From positions 72,664,001-72,728,000 of the forward strand of contig OZ038379.1 in NCBI GenBank assembly GCA_964036045.1: 64,000 nucleotides of DNA, written 5' to 3'. The position numbers and the translations under genes were made by a program. The stretch is from Eutreptiella sp. 'Long Island Sound 2002' (lineage: Eukaryota > Protista > Euglenida). Shown here piece by piece: positions 59,761-64,000 of the stretch (within the stretch, counting starts at the first letter, position 1; each line of letters starts with the position of its first letter). The notes below the pieces were generated by a model. That model did not search any database. It had not been told where the DNA came from and worked only from the letters and a program-made list of their open reading frames with translations.

Positions 59761-62725
59761 GGTTTGTGTCGTGTGGGTTTGGTGTTGCCTGGCACCTGTT
59801 CCCGTGCCGTGCCTCGTTGCGTGTTGTGCGCGCTGTCCGGGTTTGCGGCACCTGGTGGCCGTTGTTGCTTGGCATCTGTCTGTGTGCATTGGTTGTGGCC
59901 GGCGGCGTGCCTCTCTGGTGTCCCTCGTGGCCCCGCGTGGTGCATCGCGACTCTTCTGGTCCGGCCGCTCTCGGTGCTCCGGTCCGGCTTTCCCGACGAT
60001 GTGGTGCCTTTTCCCACCCTGGGGGCTTTCGCCGCCGGATTTAATGGGCGGCTGCGTGGCGCACGTGGAGGCCGGACGAGAACCGGGTTCATGGTGCCTG
60101 CTGCTGGCCCCTGCCGAGGCAGGGCGCTGGGCTCGCCCCGCGTTGTACCCAGTCGGGGCCCCGCGATGGAGTTGTCCCTGGCGGGTCCCTCCAGTGTCGG
60201 TCTTAGGCTGCGTGCACTGCGGTGGTTTGCCTGTGTGGACCCGGTCACTCACAGGTCCGGGTTCCCGTACCATCCATCTTTCGACGGGGGACTCCACCGG
60301 TGCACCAGGGCTGGTTTGTGTGGACGCCGACACCATTTCTTTCAGGTCGGAGGACGCCACGCCAGGCTGTGCCTGTGCGTGCTCCTCTTGGCCGGGTCGG
60401 GCGGGCTGGTTTCCGGGGCGCGCTTTTGTGCGCCTCACCCTTTGCTGTGGCCCGTTTTGGTGCTCTCTTTGTTTGCTCGGCCCCCTCCGGGCTGTGGTTG
60501 CCCTGTTTGTCGTGGTTGCTTTTTTCTTCCATTCTGTGCGCGGCCAGTGTCTCCGGCATTGTGTGTTTTCCGCCCCGGGTTGCCTTGGGCCTTGGCGTCT
60601 TGTCTTCCCCCCCCCACTTTCTTTTATTTTTGCTTGCCCCACCACCCCCTCCTGCCTTTTTTTTGGTTCCTGCCTTGCTTGTGCTTTTTTCATCTCCCTG
60701 CGTCTTTTTTTTTTCCAGTGTTGCCTCCTGCCATGTTGTGCTGGTTGTGAGGTGCTGGGGTGGTTTGCGTGTCCCGGGCTGTGGCCTGTGTTCGTGTGTG
60801 TTGCGGCTGGCATCTTGCCCCGGCGGGGGCAGGTAGGTAGGTAGGTATCTTCGGGAGCTCGGGATGCCTCCTTTGACATTGCAGGAAGAAGGTCTTACCA
60901 TGGGGACGTCCTGTCCCTCCCCCCGGCGGGGGCAGGTTTGCGCTTGCGCTGTGTTGTTCGGTGCTCCCTGGTTGTGCCTGTTGTCTGTGTGCTGTTGTTT
61001 GTCTTGTTGCGCGTGTGCGGTGGCGTCGTGCCAGCGGCGGTTCTCTTCCCTGTACCTCTGGTGCCTCATTGGTGTGCTCTATCCTCTGGTCTTGTTCTGT
61101 GGTGCTTGCGGCCTGTCGTTGCCCTTGGGTGCTGTGGTGGGGTTGCCCTGTTGCGCCGCGACTTGTTGTGCTGTCTCGACTTGCATTGGTGTGTGTTGTA
61201 TTGATTTCCTTGGTGTAGTGTTCTGCCCCGTTGTCGGGTGCCGTGTTGTGCTGCCCCACCCCTTCGCCCCCCCGGGTGTTGTGCGCTATTTTCTGTTTTT
61301 TCGTGTCGGGTGTGTGTTGGTTGTGCCGCCCCCCCCCCCCCCTGCTGGTTGTGGTGCCATGAGTTGTGCGGTGTCGTGCGTCTTGTTGTGTTCTGCTGCG
61401 GTCTGTGGTGTGGCCTGTTTTGCTTTTTACCTGGTGCTGTATGTCGTGCCTGTGTTGGGCAGGGTTCGTGCGCCATGCTGTGAGGCGCAGTGGTGTGCTG
61501 GGTCTTGTTGTGCTGTTTTTGTTGTGCTCGACTGTCGTGTGCTGTTGTCTTCTCCGCTGTTTTTTTTCGGTGTTGTTCCTTGCCTTTCCGTGGTGCTCCT
61601 GGCTGTTTCTGTCTGTGTCTCTGCCGTGGTCCGTCTTGCTGTTAGGCGTGGCCCTGTCGCGACGTGTTCTTGTGCTGGTTTCTGCTGCGCTGTGCCGTTT
61701 GGTGCTCTTGTTTGCTGTGGTGTGTCTCTTGATTCTGTGCTGTGTTGTTTGTCCGTCTGCTGCTATGGCGGGTTGTCGTGCTCTGTCCTTCGGCGCGGTG
61801 CTGTGTTGTCCGGCTGTGCTGCCTGTGGTCCGGGTGCTGTCGTTCCTTGTGCCGTGTTTCTGGGCGCCTCTCGTTTCATGGCGCCTCTTGTGCGGTGCTG
61901 TGCTGGCGTGCCCGTGTTGTTGCTTTCTGTGTGGCGCTCTCTCGCCCCTCTTGCGCTGGCTGGTGCTGTGTGTTGTTGCCTGTTGTTTTTGGGTGCTTGC
62001 TGTTAGGCCTGGCTGTCCGCTGTTGTCTCCTTGTGAGTTCCGGTGGCTCTTAGGGAGGTGTTTCGGCGCTGCTGTCCCTGTCGGGCCGCGTGGCTCGCCG
62101 CCCTGTGGTTTGGTGTGGTGTGTCTCGGTGGTCTGCGCCCCTGTGTAGTGGCCTGTGGTGGTGTGCTGTCGTGTGGTGGTGTGCTGTTGTGCTCTGCTGT
62201 TTGTTTGCGTCGTTGCCTGTGCCTGTTGTTTCTTTCCTGCTTCAAAAACCACTGCCAAACCCGTAAAAAAGTTTTTCCTTTCCTCCTTTATTTGAAAATA
62301 CAAATTAGACGCAACCCACACACCCGCGCGCAGCAAGCCCATGTATCCTTTCTGCAACTTACGTGCTACCCGTGGCTGGCCACACTGTACAGTTGTTGTT
62401 GGTGACGGTGATGGTGGCCATGTTGTTGGGGTTGTTGCCGGTGGTGGTGTTGTTGATGTTTGCTAGGGGTTAACTGCTTTTCCCCCAGGGCCGCTCCCCT
62501 AAAGTGACGGAAGTGAGGAGACGGGGGGCTACAGCGAAGGGAAGGGAGGTACATGGAGAAGAAAGAAAAGGAGAGGGAACGAGGCGTTGTAGCGTCTGGG
62601 AAAAAGGTTTCGAGTTTTACGCGCTGCTCGTGACAATGTCTTCCTTGCGTTGACGGCTTTTTTTACAACAAGAGCACGGCGTTATACTCCTACGCTTGTC
62701 GCGGTGCTTACGGCGTTAACTATTC
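59760..62725 (-). repeat. Composite repeat copy G: core, body and head
   Basis: Core homologous to 1-420 and 12200-12720. Head at 62340-62725. Confidence 0.75.
60834..60920 (-). mobile_element. 87-bp extreme 5'-truncated retro-insertion with a (TACC)n tail
   Basis: Perfect 16-bp TSD CCCCGGCGGGGGCAGG at 60818-60833 and 60921-60936. The body matches 3049-3120. Confidence 0.9.
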
Positions 62726-62729
62726 TGGG

Positions 62730-62993
62730 GACACCGACAGAGGCCTCATCCAGGCCTATATAGAGGACCTGCTGGTAGTGGCCCACACCATGCAGCACTC
62801 CGTCGAGGGCGTACAGTCGGTGGCGGCGTACCTGGGGATGACGGTCATGGGGCTCACTCCCCGCAAGTGCGCCATGGCCACTACAAAGGTGGTCCCGCGC
62901 TTGCAACTGCGCCTCTGCTCCCACCTGGTAAACCCCTGGCACTGGGTGCCGGCGGCGGACTCTGTCCCCTACTTGCACCTAGGATTTAATTGA
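62730..62993 (+). pseudogene. Non-LTR RT fragment (domains 5-7)
   Basis: IQAYIEDLLVVA (YxDD mutated), GLTPRKCAMAT, DSVPYLHLG in one frame. Confidence 0.8.
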
Positions 62994-63837
62994 CCCCAAA
63001 AAAGTCTCTTCTGGAAAAAATGCAAAAAGAAAGACAGAAAATGTGCAAAACGACCACAATATCATCCAAAAAGTTGTTACACTCTATTTTTGTGAAATTG
63101 GCATACTCATAATAGGGGGGGGGGGGCTCGCCTGATAAAAATCAGGCGAAATTTATGACAATGTTCCCGTTTGGGCCTCTTTTTTGGGTTTTTGTTCTGT
63201 TCTAGAAACGAATTGAAAAAATGGCAAAAACCACCATTAATGTGCAAAGCAACTGTGATGTGATGTGATCGGCTGTTAATGCCTGTTCTTTTGCATTATG
63301 CATACTCAAAGTACGGCATTGGGACCTGAGGTAAGGCAAAATAGCTGGAAATTCCCCCGTTTGAGGGTCTTTTTGGGCTTGAGAAAACACTGTTTGAGGC
63401 TGATGTTTTGACCATTTTTGGACAACAAGTGATGTTTTTTGGTGCTGGAGGCTCTGAAACACCCAAGACGTTGCTCCCAATCAATATAAACAACGTTTCA
63501 GTGGGCAGGGCTCCCCAAAAATTGGGTATGGGGCCCTACAATTCTCCACCTCGGCCAAAACAACACTGTTTTCGGCCAGAAAGCTGCATTTTGTGGCCAT
63601 TTTTGGGCGACAACTGCTTTTGTTGTGCTGGCGGCTCGGTGACATCTGATAGGCTGCACCAATCCAGTTCAAGACACGTTTCAGTGGGTCGGGCACGCTG
63701 AAAATGGGGTATGGGGCCCTACAACTCGCCAAGAAGGACAAGAAACCACTGTTTTAGGCCACTAATTGGAATTTGTTACTACATTATACTTACAAGTACC
63801 TCTTCAATATCCACATCATCAGCGAAACCAACTAATC

Positions 63838-64000
63838 AAAATATCATCCTACATTCAAATCCAAGGAGCCACCAATGGTAATGAAAGCAAACGACAATCG
63901 CAACATGCAAAAACAAATGATTTCGAGTGGAAATAGCACGTGCCAAGCTATCATAAGAATAATTGCGAAGCCCCACCACAAAGATCTGAGCATCTGGTTC
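63838..64000. repeat. Dispersed repeat (partner at 55735-55912)
   Basis: Same shared block as the partner. Confidence 0.9.

Noticed and set aside
58224-60044. Overlapping 130-400-aa ORFs
   Set aside because: Translations of the 125-bp minisatellite and the composite core.
1-64000. rRNA, tRNA or telomeric arrays
   Set aside because: No conserved rRNA blocks, cloverleaf or A/B-box candidates, or (TTAGGG)n runs were seen; a covariance-model scan was not possible.

Overview
This is eukaryotic, transposon-saturated DNA, most likely from a euglenoid: a euglenid spliced-leader (SL) sequence sits at 25889-25914 (-). I found no rRNA, tRNA, CRISPR array or intact host gene. The centrepiece is an apparently full-length non-LTR retrotransposon (14579-25914, -) that starts with the SL, ends in an A-rich tail and is flanked by a probable 14-bp TSD. 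Its decayed polyprotein reads: unknown N-terminus / RRM-like - Pro-rich linker - ALKBH8-like AlkB dioxygenase - APE endonuclease - RT - RNase H - Cys/His motif. A 2.2-kb non-autonomous LTR element (TG..CA, 4-bp TSD) splits this LINE; its primer-binding site is complementary to its own LTR, as in self-priming elements. Other content: (i) four copies of a composite, A-depleted repeat, three of them seen with distinct VNTRs (65/63, ~90 and 125 bp) and two abutting (TACC)n-tailed LINE 3' ends; (ii) a hAT transposase broken by a MITE and by a 6-kb retroelement with a Ulp1-like protease relic; (iii) an intron-containing RAG1/Transib-like transposase relic beside a spliced gene with a weak 2OG-dioxygenase signature; (iv) a hAT-type MITE. 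Most long ORFs in the track are artefacts of low-complexity repeats. All domain calls are by-eye motif recognition, not database searches.
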